From the NCBI RefSeq assembly GCF_001194135.2, contig NC_068989.1, positions 27,323,253 to 27,373,142 on the forward strand: 49,890 bases of DNA, in the 5' to 3' direction. This stretch comes from Octopus bimaculoides. Its lineage: Eukaryota. Positions 12,420 to 23,035 of the stretch are shown one piece after another. Under the pieces are notes generated by a model. The model was not told the origin of the DNA. It worked only from the letters and a program-made list of their open reading frames with translations, and ran no database searches. The position numbers and the translations under genes were made by a program. Positions within the stretch are counted from its first letter, which is position 1; every line of letters begins with the position of its first letter.

Positions 12420-13880
12420 GAACATCTCAAAACATCTGTAACAGTAATAACTGCATTGTTCAAAGATAGAAACAAAAGCATATGATCTCTCAAACAGGAA
12501 ATGTCGGTTTCAAGAAGATACAGTGCCGACTATCGGTTTTACAGAATCTCAACCATTGCAATTGCGTTTCCCCTTTTTAAGTCTTATGTGAAGATATGGA
12601 TTGTCTTCGAAAGGTTTTACTTAAAAACTCGGTTATCTTCAAAGGATATTCATGTAGGAATGCCTAAAGTGCGGTAAAATCATTTAGGATATTTTATCGA
12701 TCATAAATCCTGATTATATGGCAAAGTAACAAATAGAACATAGCCCTCAAATATTGCAACATTTTTCCCCATTTTATTGCAAACTTCAGTAAATAATGTT
12801 TATCTCTACAATGGAAAGAAATGGATGTTTTTGAAGCTGAATTCAAAATGGTGTTGCTATCATGTCAATTACATGACTGTATCACAACTCTGTAGCAAAA
12901 TATATTTCTCTTTTTTTCAGGCTCTTAGCGATTTCTCCCAGATTATAAACCGAATTCAGATACTCAAATATTTTTTTTTAATCATTTTAAAATCCTTGTT
13001 GCACGATATTGTAATCTCTAACTGAATATATTTTCCAAATCCGAGGAGGAAGATAATTATTGGATAAAAAACCCATTCAAGTGAAAGAAAAAAACCTGAT
13101 ATGATTTCCGGCATGATAAGTATTAGTTCAAATTTTGTCTTAAAAAAGTAGTATTTCGTAAAGTTCCGGCATTAATTTTCTTGTGCGATGTTTTATAGGA
13201 TAACTAGCTTTATCAGAACTGGTTATTTGAGTGTCATTACCCCTAGCAGAAAAAGATTTATGACAATATGATTCTTCTAAATAAGTTAATACAAAAGATA
13301 AACGTTGTAAAAAATTTGAAGGCACAGCAACCTTACAAATTCAATAATTCAATAATAAACCAAATTTCCAGAGAGAATTGGACTCCAAACATTAATATTT
13401 TTTATAACAATTACACAAATATAACAATTTAAAACGGCTATATTTTGTAATGTAAAATTTCATTCATCACGTTTCTTACGAGTAAATTCTCTTTAGTACA
13501 ATTTATGTTTAACTTAATATCTTATGAAATGAGGGTCACAGCATTGTCCGTAATAAATAGATACGGATTCCGTGATTTTTCTGAACCGGAACTTATCTGT
13601 GAGAAAATAAGATTAGGAGACGCTACATGAACACTGAGCTGTGACTTACGCGAGGGACTATCTTCTTTCCCAATTGGATAACTGTTAACAGAACAGGTAA
13701 ATATATCGAATATAAACATCCAAACAATTGTTTGCTTAATATTATCCTCGTATTAAAAGGAACAGATAGAGGGATTAATCCAAATGCTCTGCAAGAATAT
13801 TGCACTGGAATTGGACTGCGTTAAAGGATGTAAATTATTGTAACACAGGTGCATTACAATCATCTATCTGGATACGAATA
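12420..13880 (-). mobile_element. Highly decayed PLE relic
   Basis: Collinear remnants: IQIDDCNAP, IGKEDSPSRKSQLSVHV...LFITDNAV (cf. MGSFDGAEVCELVGLYI...LYRDDGL), PSNFLQRLS, KHRTRKL, NLSKTIH, ALYLLET. Confidence 0.4.
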
Positions 13881-14591
13881 ACTAACAGCACTTAACTCCA
13901 TCTTCAGCTTGCGCCGTAATATTTGATTGTATTAAAGCTTTTCCAATGAGGAGTGGCTTAAATCAGGAATATTTAACTAAAACGATGTAAATGTTTCATA
14001 GATTTCTGTGTATCTCTGTTTGCGTGCGTGAGTTGCTTGTAAGTTTTATACACAGCGAGTAAGAAAATTAACAAAATAACGAGAGACGAATTTAGTAGGA
14101 TACGATTATTTGAAAATCATCTGATGAACCACATCGTGCAACTTTGCTGGATGGTATATGATATCCATTATGCGAACTGGACACAATGTGTCTTACGAAA
14201 GTCCACAACGTAATGGGCATTCGCCGGCTGCACGCATCGATATAATCACGATACGAAGCTATATGACCTCGGTTGTTCGATAAAATATATACCGATACTA
14301 CAATATTAACTGACCATAATTTTTGGGGCTTTCCATTTTGAAAAGAAATTATACGTCCGCGGTCATTAGAGTGCGACGACCTTTCTATAACGCTAAGCAC
14401 TTTATGGATACGAAACTATTGTTCATTCTAAGAACGGACATATAATTAACTTCCTATAATTACATTACTGCTTTAACGTTTCGACTGTTCTTCTTTTCTG
14501 GATATATGATCTACTGACGATATGTGTGTTTGCCGTGTATATCGTTGGCGATTTTTTCTACCTCTGTCTTCCCTTCTTTGGACTTTCCTAT

Positions 14592-14626
14592 GTTTCCGAC
14601 GAAGAGCTCTGCTCGAAACGTCAAAT
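14592..14626 (+). ncRNA. Minimal type I hammerhead-like motif
   Basis: GTTT-CCGACGA-A-GAGC(TCT)GCTC-GAAA-CG-TC-AAAT. Core has C at U4, 4-bp stem II, ACGT palindromic stem III, GUC site, weak stem I. Confidence 0.45.
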
Positions 14627-14729
14627 TCTCTTTCTTTCCTTCCCGAGCATCCAGTAACACAATATCTGTATCACGTCCTCGCGTTGTTGTTTTTTGTTGT
14701 TGTTTTTTTGTCGTTTTTATTTTTTGAGC

Positions 14730-14766
<37 letters not shown>

Positions 14767-14820
14767 CGTATATGTATTTCGTGTGCAAGATTCTTGATGT
14801 GGATACGTGTGTTGAAAGAA

Positions 14821-15441
14821 ATACAATTAAACCTTGGGAGAGGCATTATGCCGGTAATAAACACACGCACTGGTTCNNNNNNNNNNNNNNNNNNNNNNNN
14901 NNNNNNNNNNNNNNNNNNNNNNNNNNNNNNNNNNNNNNNNNNNNNNNNNNNNNNNNNNNNNNNNNNNNNNNNNNNNNNNNNNNNNNNNNNNNNNNNNNNN
15001 NNNNNNNNNNNNNNNNNNNNNNNNNNNNNNNNNNNNNNNNNNNNNNNNNNNNNNNNNNNNNNNNNNNNNNNNNNNNNNNNNNNNNNNNNNNNNNNNNNNN
15101 NNNNNNNNNNNNNNNNNNNNNNNNNNNNNNNNNNNNNNNNNNNNNNNNNNNNNNNNNNNNNNNNNNNNNNNNNNNNNNNNNNNNNNNNNNNNNNNNNNNN
15201 NNNNNNNNNNNNNNNNNNNNNNNNNNNNNNNNNNNNNNNNNNNNNNNNNNNNNNNNNNNNNNNNNNNNNNNNNNNNNNNNNNNNNNNNNNNNNNNNNNNN
15301 NNNNNNNNNTGGAGAGACAAGTTACTGAAGAGATTGCAAGAGTGCAATGAAATAATTTAACAAAAAAAAACTATATAAATTAATAAAGGACTGAACCAGT
15401 GCGTGTGTTTATTACCGGCATAATGCCTCTCCCAAGGTTTA

Positions 15442-15448
<7 letters not shown>
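14821..15448. mobile_element. Element with identical 56-bp inverted ends spanning gap 14877-15309 (inverted PLE pLTRs or TA-flanked TIRs)
   Basis: 14821-14876 is the exact reverse complement of 15393-15448, and both outer ends are TA. The right-hand part contains an HHR-like motif. Confidence 0.55.
15321..15361 (+). ncRNA. Minimal type I hammerhead-like motif
   Basis: GTTA-CTGAAGA-G-ATTGCA(AGAG)TGCAAT-GAAA-TAA-TT-TAAC. Intact core words, 6-bp stem II, 4-bp stem I, poor stem III. Confidence 0.45.
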
Positions 15449-15492
<44 letters not shown>

Positions 15493-15652
15493 CAAAGGAA
15501 TTCCAACTCTGTTTTTTTATGCTTTATTTATATTCTTATAATATGTAGGATATAGAATATATAGTATATATAGAAGGTATAGTAAAATGAAATGAAGTAT
15601 TTTTTGTCTTATTGAATAAATGAAATATTGAATATTGAATATTAGATATTAA

Positions 15653-15696
15653 AGGACTAGTATACTTTCTTGCATTTTAGCAGTCTTCAAGGTCCC
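15653..15696 (-). ncRNA. Hammerhead-like motif downstream of the PLE ORF
   Basis: GGGAC-CTTGAAGA-CTGC(TAAAAT)GCAA-GAAA-GTATAC-TA-GTCCT. 5-bp stem I and palindromic AGTATACT stem III; one extra base in the core and one stem II mismatch. Confidence 0.45.
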
Positions 15697-16645
15697 ATGT
15701 TGTGACAGGAATGTTTCAAATATAGTTGACTGGCTGTCTTTTGTCCTGTATATACATTCCTGTGGACAGCAGTAGTAGTTGTTTGGCTATTTTTAGAGAT
15801 GATCCCAAACCATTTTTCAATGTTTATTTTTAGAAATCATAACAGCAGTACTTTTAAGAGATGTTTTGTGTTTTAGTTACAGGGATAAGATTTTTAAACC
15901 CGAAATAAGATTATTTTAATCATTGTTTGTTAATCTTGGGTTTTAATTTCTTAATAAAGTCCTTTTCGCTTAGTTTTCTCTCAATTTCATTCAGGTTGTA
16001 AAGTTTATGAAATGGAAATATCATAAATGTTTCACGACCACATGTTGCCAGATGGTTACTCAGTGGTATTTGGCGGACTTCTGGGTTTTTAATTTGTTGT
16101 CGATGCACACGCGAGCATTTTGATAGTGAATTACCTGTCTGGCCAACGTATAATTCTTCACAATTTGGGTATTTGATGCAATAGATTAAATTTCTGCTTT
16201 TGCAGTTCATGTTCGCGTTTGTGAATATTTTCCCTGCTTTTGTGTTCATATATCGGCCGGTATGAATTAATTGGCATGTACCGAATCGGCTATCATTGAA
16301 TTTAGATACAGTGAATGGTTGATTTTTGTTGCTTAGGTTAAACCTTGCCTTTGTTAATAACTTTTTCAAGCTCTTAGGCTGTCTCTTAGAGTTATAGTTT
16401 GATTTGTAATGATATTTCTCAATTCCTTACTTTGTGCAATGATTGGTAGGTCTGCTTTAACGATATTGAAGATGTTCTGGTGGCATGGATTGTGTATCAC
16501 TATAAATGGTATGATTTGTTCTTGTTTTTCTCTTCTTTGCGGTGTCCTCAGTTGTTGTATGGGTATTTTCAAAGCCCGTTGAATACCATTTTCTATAAGT
16601 AGTGACGGGTATTTTTGTTTGAGCAGAAATTCTTCCAGTTCCATC
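15653..16645 (-). mobile_element. Penelope-like element (Neptune-like) 3' fragment: thumb, GIY-YIG and 3' pLTR
   Basis: ORF 16366-16644 (FLLKQKYP...IPFIVIHNP) and ORF 15920-16369 (CKSRNLIYCIKYPNCEELYVGQTGNSL...VH...HL...SEKDFIKKLKPKIN). The linker differs from the CxC..CPL-type PLEs elsewhere in the window; clade name is an inference. Confidence 0.85.
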
Positions 16646-16647
16646 AG

Positions 16648-16950
16648 GGTGGGTTACGCCTAATTTCCATGTCCTTCGATTCTCTCAGCATCATCACCAT
16701 CCGTATCTTCCTCAGTTTATATATTTTGACTATTGACGCTAGTGGTAACTGCAACGAACCTCTTTTACAATAAAGAGCTGAACTGTTCAACATCCCAGGT
16801 AGGCCTAGCCACTTTCTAATGAACACATTACATTTTTGTTCAATGATATGAGCTCGTGACAAGGCTACATTGTATACTAAAAGTGGCCACGAAAGTCACA
16901 GGTACAAGCCGAACTGCAAACATCAAATTTGATAGTTACCTGGATAACTT
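16648..16950 (-). mobile_element. Inverted 5' segment of a HERO-like RLE non-LTR retrotransposon
   Basis: CLQFGLYL*LSWPLLVYNVALSRAHIIEQKCNVFIRKWLGLPGMLNSSALY...LQLPLASI...MLRESKDMEIRRNPP resembles the post-RT region of HERO/NeSL-group elements. Confidence 0.75.
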
Positions 16951-16953
16951 CGA

Positions 16954-18165
16954 GTGATGATGCTGAGAGAATCGAAGGACATGGAAATCAGGCGTAACCC
17001 ACCAGAGGTAAAAACAGCCAGCAAGTGGAAAGCAGAAGCAGAGGCTGATGACAACTTGTCTTCTTTTATACACAGAGATATGGTGGGTGCAACGCAAAAC
17101 CATCGGAAAGGACTTTGTTTTGGCGCATATTAGTTCAGACCGTTTGCGAGTATGATGCGGGGGGAACGCAGATCTGTTGTTAGCAACAGCGTCAAAACGA
17201 GAAAAGCAGAGAGAAGAGAGCTTCATTTGATCTGATGTATTCAACAAGGACAGATGACGAGATGGGAAGAATATGTTGTTGAGAGGAAAATAAGTTGGGA
17301 TGAGATATGGAGGTGGACCACATCTCGGCTAAGTTTCTGATTCGTTCATCTTATGATGTTTTGCCATCAGCTACAAATCTAGTAAGATGGAACGTCTTAG
17401 AGAATGACATATGCAAATGCGGAAAGGTCGGAGCACTGAAACATAGTCTTTCCAACTGTTCCTTAGCATTGAACAGGTATACATGGAGACACAACATGGT
17501 CCTTAAGGTTTTCTTCAATGTTATAAAGAACCAAATTCATCTCAATGACACTGAGAAAAAAACCGTTGAAAGTACCATCTAGAGATTTTATTACCTTCGT
17601 GCGCTCAGATCAGCAGATCCGTTTCAAGAAAAAGAACAAGAAACTTCTTGTGAGAGATGAAATGTGGAACGGCTATTTGGAGGTGACTACAAAAGAATCC
17701 CAGGGTGCCAGGGATTCTTTCCAATCCCAGTTACGAAAAAGCCTGATATTTAAATGTGGTGTGAAGGAAAGAAAGTTGTAAATTTAGTCGAGTTAACAGT
17801 TCCTCATGAAGATAACATGGATACCAAAACCTCCTCGAGGAATGTGAAGACGCAAGCTGGAAAGAGGAGCATTTTCCAATCGAATTCGGATGTAGAAGGT
17901 TTGTTGGACACACTCTGAGACGACTTCATAAGGTAAATATCACCATGACCGATATCCAAACTACAGTGGAGAAGGGCAGCCACTGGATTTGTTTAAAAAG
18001 AGACAATGAGCGAAGCTAGAGAAATATTGAGCTTTATTTAATAACCAGTTGATCTAGCAAACAGCGCAGGGCCTCATATCAATGAAGAGGGCCAGTGTGC
18101 ATTGATGCCGTCCGTCGAGAGGTAGGCCCCGAAACAGCGCGCATTTTTTCCTAATGACCCATTGC
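16954..18165 (+). mobile_element. HERO-like RLE LINE 3' segment (CCHC knuckle, restriction-like endonuclease, 3' UTR), decayed
   Basis: VMMLRESKD...SKWKAE, SSYDVLPSATNLVRW, CKCGKVGALKHSLSNC, RYTWRHNMVL, KPDI (17739), ELTVPHE (17790), FPIEFGCRRF, KGSHWICLKR. Confidence 0.85.
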
Positions 18166-18279
18166 ACTTGCTGGATTCCGGTATGTAGAGTTCTCGACTG
18201 GTCGCACTTCCATGTGCAAGTTGTTTGCAAGTCAACAGGGCATAACTACAGATTTCTACACCCCTGACTTTGAATAAAT

Positions 18280-18520
18280 AACTTTCAGAAAAATGGATGT
18301 TTTTAATGAAATGTTCTACGAATGTCTTATATCATGTAGATACCAAATATACAACATTTGGGCGGGGGTAGCATGGGGGGGGGGAAGATTTTGGAAAATT
18401 CAGCGGAGTCCACTTCAGTTCGTTTAACTTTCAGGAAAATGGATATTTATTAATGAAATTGTCTACAAATATACCTCGGACTATGTAGATTCTGGGCATA
18501 TAGGAATTTGGGGGGGGGGA
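18280..18520. repeat. Two degenerate ~146-bp direct repeats ending in G-runs
   Basis: AACTTTCAG.AAAATGGAT.TTT.TTAATGAAAT...TAC at 18280 and 18426, each followed by ATGTAGAT...ATTTGGG(G)n. Confidence 0.6.
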
Positions 18521-18942
18521 GAAAACTGTGGGTTATTTTTGAGGACTGTTCCCCATTCGGGGCTGTTTCGGAGCAAGTCGTCCATATTTGTTACATTTTC
18601 TCTGTTTTGCGCGTTTGTGTACCCGTAGATTTCTACTGAAACGACAAGCAATGAAAGAAAATGAAGCCCTCACGAGAAAACTCATACTAAAAATAACAGC
18701 TAAATGTCTGGTACGCAGATATATGTTATTAAGACGACTGATCTGTTGCATGCGATTCTTTTTCACTTGAAGTAAATTCCGAGGTAAAGGATTCTAGTAG
18801 AAAAGCAAGAAGGCTCCAGAACCCAAAATAAGGAATACACACACACACACAGTTAAATATAGAAGTGTAAAGTATAATTTGTTACATAATCTCTATAATA
18901 AACATGATATTGGATGGAATGATTCCCCGTTTGAACTTTTGT

Positions 18943-18978
<36 letters not shown>

Positions 18979-19309
18979 NNNNNNNNNNNNNNNNNNNNNN
19001 NNNNNNNNNNNNNNNNNNNNNNNNNNNNNNNNNNNNNNNNNNNNNNNNNNNNNNNNNNNNNNNNNNNNNNNNNNNNNNNNNNNNNNNNNNNNNNNNNNNN
19101 NNNNNNNNNNNNNNNNNNNNNNNNNNNNNNNNNNNNNNNNNNNNNNNNNNNNNNNNNNNNNNNNNNNNNNNNNNNNNNNNNNNNNNNNNNNNNNNNNNNN
19201 NNNNNNNNNNNNNNNNNNNNNNNNNNNNNNNNNNNNNNNNNNNNNNNNNNNNNNNNNNNNNNNNNNNNNNNNNNNNNNNNNNNNNNNNNNNNNNNNNNNN
19301 NNNNNNNNN

Positions 19310-19738
19310 GTTGGAAGAAGGCAGTTTGGGTCAAATGCTTCTTTTGGCTGTCTCCACATGTATACTCCGCCGGTAGTCAGAAACGACGTAAAGGATGACT
19401 CGTCCGCGAAAATGACATTCTTCCCCTGTCCTAGGGACCAATTGTGTAGGTTTTTACTCCACTAAACGCTTTGCAACGTTTGTAATTGAATGTAGTGGTT
19501 TTCTGATTGCAGCCCTCGTGTGAAATCCGGCTTTGTGCACCTCCCGGTGAACAGTTTTTTGCGGAAACTGGGTTTTCGAGGTGGCCATTTAGCTCTGCAG
19601 TAATTTTGGGAGCTGTACTTTTGTGATCTTTTCTAACAATTCGCTAAGAGTCCGACGGTCCCTATCTGAAAGTTTTGGTGTTGTTCCGGAGTTTCGTTTC
19701 GACGAGGAGGTTTTTCCTTCTTTCTCAAAGGTTGTCAT
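19310..19738 (-). mobile_element. Tc1-family transposase fragment
   Basis: Frameshifted MTTFEKEGKTSSSKRNSGTTPKLSDRDRRTL...TAPKITAEL...RAAIRKP...KNVIFADESSF...VYMWRQPKEAFDPNCLLP: second HTH plus the first D of DD34E. Runs into gap 18979-19309. Confidence 0.9.
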
Positions 19739-20264
19739 TATTATAAATATTATAAATGAAAGGAAGAATGTGGAAAATACGAGAATTATTTCGAAACATC
19801 TACCATCGATCCGTCACGGGTAGGATATTTAACAACTGGTTCACGAGCATCCAACATTGCAGATGTGTCACTTTGGGTGATAAATAGATTTAATTCGTGA
19901 AAAATAAAACTTCCGCATGTATCTTCTCATTTTGTGTAAAGAAAGCAGCAAATTAAAAGATATAGCTTCATTTATATCGAAGATCAATAATAAAATAACA
20001 GATGCAAAAAAGAAACGAACACACAGTACAGCGAGAAAAGTATCAAATATAACCATTTATGGATATGGATGTATAAACGCGCAACGCGTAAGTTGTATGG
20101 CGCATGTACACTCGCTCAAACAAGTATCCACGAAGATAAAAGCATAGTCACACATGTTGGTTCGGTACACTTACGCTCACATAGCTAGTCAAATAGCTAG
20201 TCGATTTTATAAGAATGGGGAAGTTAAAGCGAAACTTAATTTACCCATACTATATGGAGAAAAT

Positions 20265-21686
20265 TATACTGGATACTGGATGGTTTCCGTGTTCAATCTC
20301 CTTGGGGCTTGTTCAAAGGTCCTTTTCCACTAGTACAATTAATTTGTCATGTGTGGTACAACACTTCGACAGTTGTAGCTAATAGTAACAGACAGGGTCA
20401 AATTTTGCAGGAAGCTCCCTCCAGTGTGCGTCAAGCCTGTTCTTGAAGGCATTGACTGATGGAACTGCGACCACACTGTTTGGCAGACTGTTCCAGGTGG
20501 CGGTAACACGCTGTACGAAAAAGCAGCTTCTAATGTTGAGCTTGCAGTGTGGTCTTTTCAATTTCAGGTTGTGCCCTATCGTGTTTCTACCTTGGAAGTA
20601 GTTGAATTGGGGGCGGTTGGTTAGGTACAGGGTGTGCGTATAATTATACATGTTGATCATATACCCTCTGAGACGGCGATGTTCGAGACTAGGCAGGTTT
20701 AGTGCCGCCAAGCGCTCTGGGTATGGCTTTTCTTTCAAGGATGCAATGAGTTTGGTGGCACGCCTCTGAACATCCTCCAACTCGCAACACATTGCCTTAC
20801 GCCGGGTTTGCCAAACTGTGTGACCTTATTAAAGAATCGGGCAAACTAGAGACTTGTACAGCTGGACGGAGACAACAGGGGTGATGAAGTCAAATGATCG
20901 CCGGATAACTCCAAGGGTTCGATTTGCTCTTGCGGTTGCTTGGTTTATGTGGATCCTGAAGGTCAGCTCTTTGTCGATCAAGACGCCAAGGTCCCCCTCC
21001 ATCTCACTTTCTGCTAGCTCCACCACAGTCCTTTCACCCTGTGCATCCTGGCCTCTCGCAGTATTTCCTGTCCGTCTTGATACCATGAGCTTCTACTTTG
21101 CGATGTGGGACGCTGTCGAACGCTTTCATGTAATCCATGCAGATCGCATCGACTCCTCCCCCTGCATCCAAGGCCTCCGTCAACATGTCAAGAACGTCAA
21201 GCAGTTGCGTCACACATGATCTCCCCTTTGTGAACTCATGCTGTTCTTGGTTGATGAGGTCGTTTCACCGCAGGTGTTTAATGATGTGCTCAAGAACAAG
21301 CACCCTCATCACCTTGCACAGTACGCAGGTCAAGCCTCCTGACCGGTAGTTGTTGACCGCAAGACCACACCCTTTCTTGAATATATAGGGGTGACGTTAG
21401 GAGTTATCCACTCGTCTGGGATTTTGCTTGTCTCCATTCATTTTCTGTAGACAATTGTGATTGGCAGAGCGAGTACATCCGATAGCTCGGAAAGTATGCG
21501 TGGGCTGATTCCATCCGGTCCTGGAGCCTTGGCAACCTTCAAGCTTGTCAGCTGCTTGTGAACGTTTTTCCACAGAAATGTTTAAGTTGGTCAGATCTGT
21601 GTCATACGTATACTCTGGCATATCAGATCGCCTTCTTTCTCTACAGTGAAGACACTCTGAATGAAAGTGTTCAGCACTTACTCAAT

Positions 21687-21688
<2 letters not shown>
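20265..21688 (-). mobile_element. CR1-clade LINE, 5'-truncated, RT core internally deleted
   Basis: VLNTFIQSVFT, KAPGPDGISPRIL, GRSCVTQLL, KAFDSVPH, DLGVLID, EDVQRRATKL, WNSLP. The 3' end carries a (CCAGTAT)2 tandem tail at 20266-20279. Confidence 0.9.
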
Positions 21689-21689
<1 letters not shown>

Positions 21690-21776
<87 letters not shown>

Positions 21777-21786
21777 TGTGTGTGTG
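21690..21786. repeat. (GT)n microsatellite
   Basis: Direct reading; lies between the CR1 5' end and the tandem/inverted element. Confidence 0.95.
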
Positions 21787-22565
21787 TATTCAAATATTAT
21801 TTTAATAATAAAGGGTGAAATCATTAATAATTTTACCAGGTAGCCAGTGCGAGAATAAAAACCTTATAGGCAAATTTTACAAAATATTTTATAATTATAT
21901 ACATAATTATAACAAGGGGTCGGCTTTACGTCTCACCACGCACCGTAAGAAATAGACGCTAAAGTATTTTCTACAGCCTTAAAATCTCCGAGATTAACAC
22001 ACTTTATTATAGGCAAGGAAAAGAAAAATGATGAATGAATAAGACTGATTAACTATGGACGCGTTTCGAACTTAAAGTAAAAGATAATTTTACTTACTAT
22101 TACTCTTCTGCATAGTATTTCGTATAAGTTCACGAATATTTCAAAATATGCACGCGATCAGCGTCATCGTATGTCCGATATCTATCCACAATCGTAAAAA
22201 TATACTGCCGAGTATAATTCATATCTTTCTTTTATACCTATCTGTGTGTTAAGATCTAGACCGCAGTAAATGCAGTTTCGATCATGGAGCGAATTTATTC
22301 AAATATTATTTTAATAATAAAGGGTAAAATCAATAATAATTTTACCAGGTAGCCAGTGAAGAAATAAAAAAATAAACCTTATAGGTAAATTTTGCAAAAT
22401 ATTTTATAATTTTCTTTTGCTTGCCTACAATAAAGTGTGTTATTCTTGGAGATTTGAAGGTTATAAAAAGACTTTAGCGTCTATTTCTTACGGTGCGTGG
22501 TGAGGCATAAATCCGACCCCTTGTTATAATTATGTATATAATTATGTATATAATTATAAAATATT
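21787..22565 (-). mobile_element. Non-coding HHR-bearing element with partial tandem and inverted structure (retrozyme-like or PLE pLTR-derived)
   Basis: A (21787-21896), B (21891-22028), C (22030-22295), A' (22296-22411), reverse-complement B' (22411-22565). A-to-A' period is 509 bp; an HHR relic lies in C; microsatellites flank both sides. Confidence 0.65.
22052..22116 (-). ncRNA. Type I hammerhead ribozyme relic
   Basis: ACTATG-CAGAAGA-G..AAGTAAAA(TTATC)TTTTACTT..C-GAAA-CGCG-TC-CATAGT. Perfect 6-bp stem I, palindromic ACGCGT stem III, GUC site; U4 mutated to A. Confidence 0.55.
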
Positions 22566-22869
22566 ATATATATATGTATATATATGTATATATATGTATA
22601 TATATGTATATATANNNNNNNNNNNNNNNNNNNNNNNNNNNNNNNNNNNNNNNNNNNNNNNNNNNNNNNNNNNNNNNNNNNNNNNNNNNNNNNNNNNNNN
22701 NNNNNNNNNNNNNNNNNNNNNNNNNNNNNNNNNNNNNNNNNNNNNNNNNNNNNNNNNNNNNNNNNNNNNNNNNNNNNNNNNNNNNNNNNNNNNNATATAT
22801 GCATCGAGAGATAGAGAAAGAGATAGATAGATTTGCATGTGTATCTATTATCTGTCATGTATCTATTAT

Positions 22870-23035
22870 CTTCCTCTCAAGCACTGGTGTAAACAGGGTA
22901 AGTGAGCTAGAACGCTAAACCTTAGTGCGCATGCACAGCAGCGTTTTAGCTCAATCTGTGCCACGCCCCTTCACTCTGCGTGCTTTATCTTCGTTACTAT
23001 GGCAACAGTGCTGATACTTATTGATCAGACCACGT
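22870..23035. promoter_or_regulatory. Candidate promoter/enhancer island with RFX X-box
   Basis: GC-richer island with palindrome GTGCGCATGCAC (22925-22936, NRF1-like), CCACGCCCC (22961, SP/KLF-like) and GTTACTATGGCAAC (22993-23006, fits X-box GTHNYY-AT-RRNAAC). Confidence 0.4.

Noticed and set aside
14092-14400. 102-aa minus ORF, and plus-frame ESPQRNG resembling integrase PQxNG
   Set aside because: No other integrase motifs; stops in the plus frame; no recognisable protein. It remains an unexplained GC-richer patch.
14470-14505. Inverted GAAACGTT motif near the 14592 hammerhead
   Set aside because: Core is too degenerate (CAGAAAAGA) to call.
16936-17247. 103-aa minus-strand ORF
   Set aside because: Antisense to the HERO-like coding segment.
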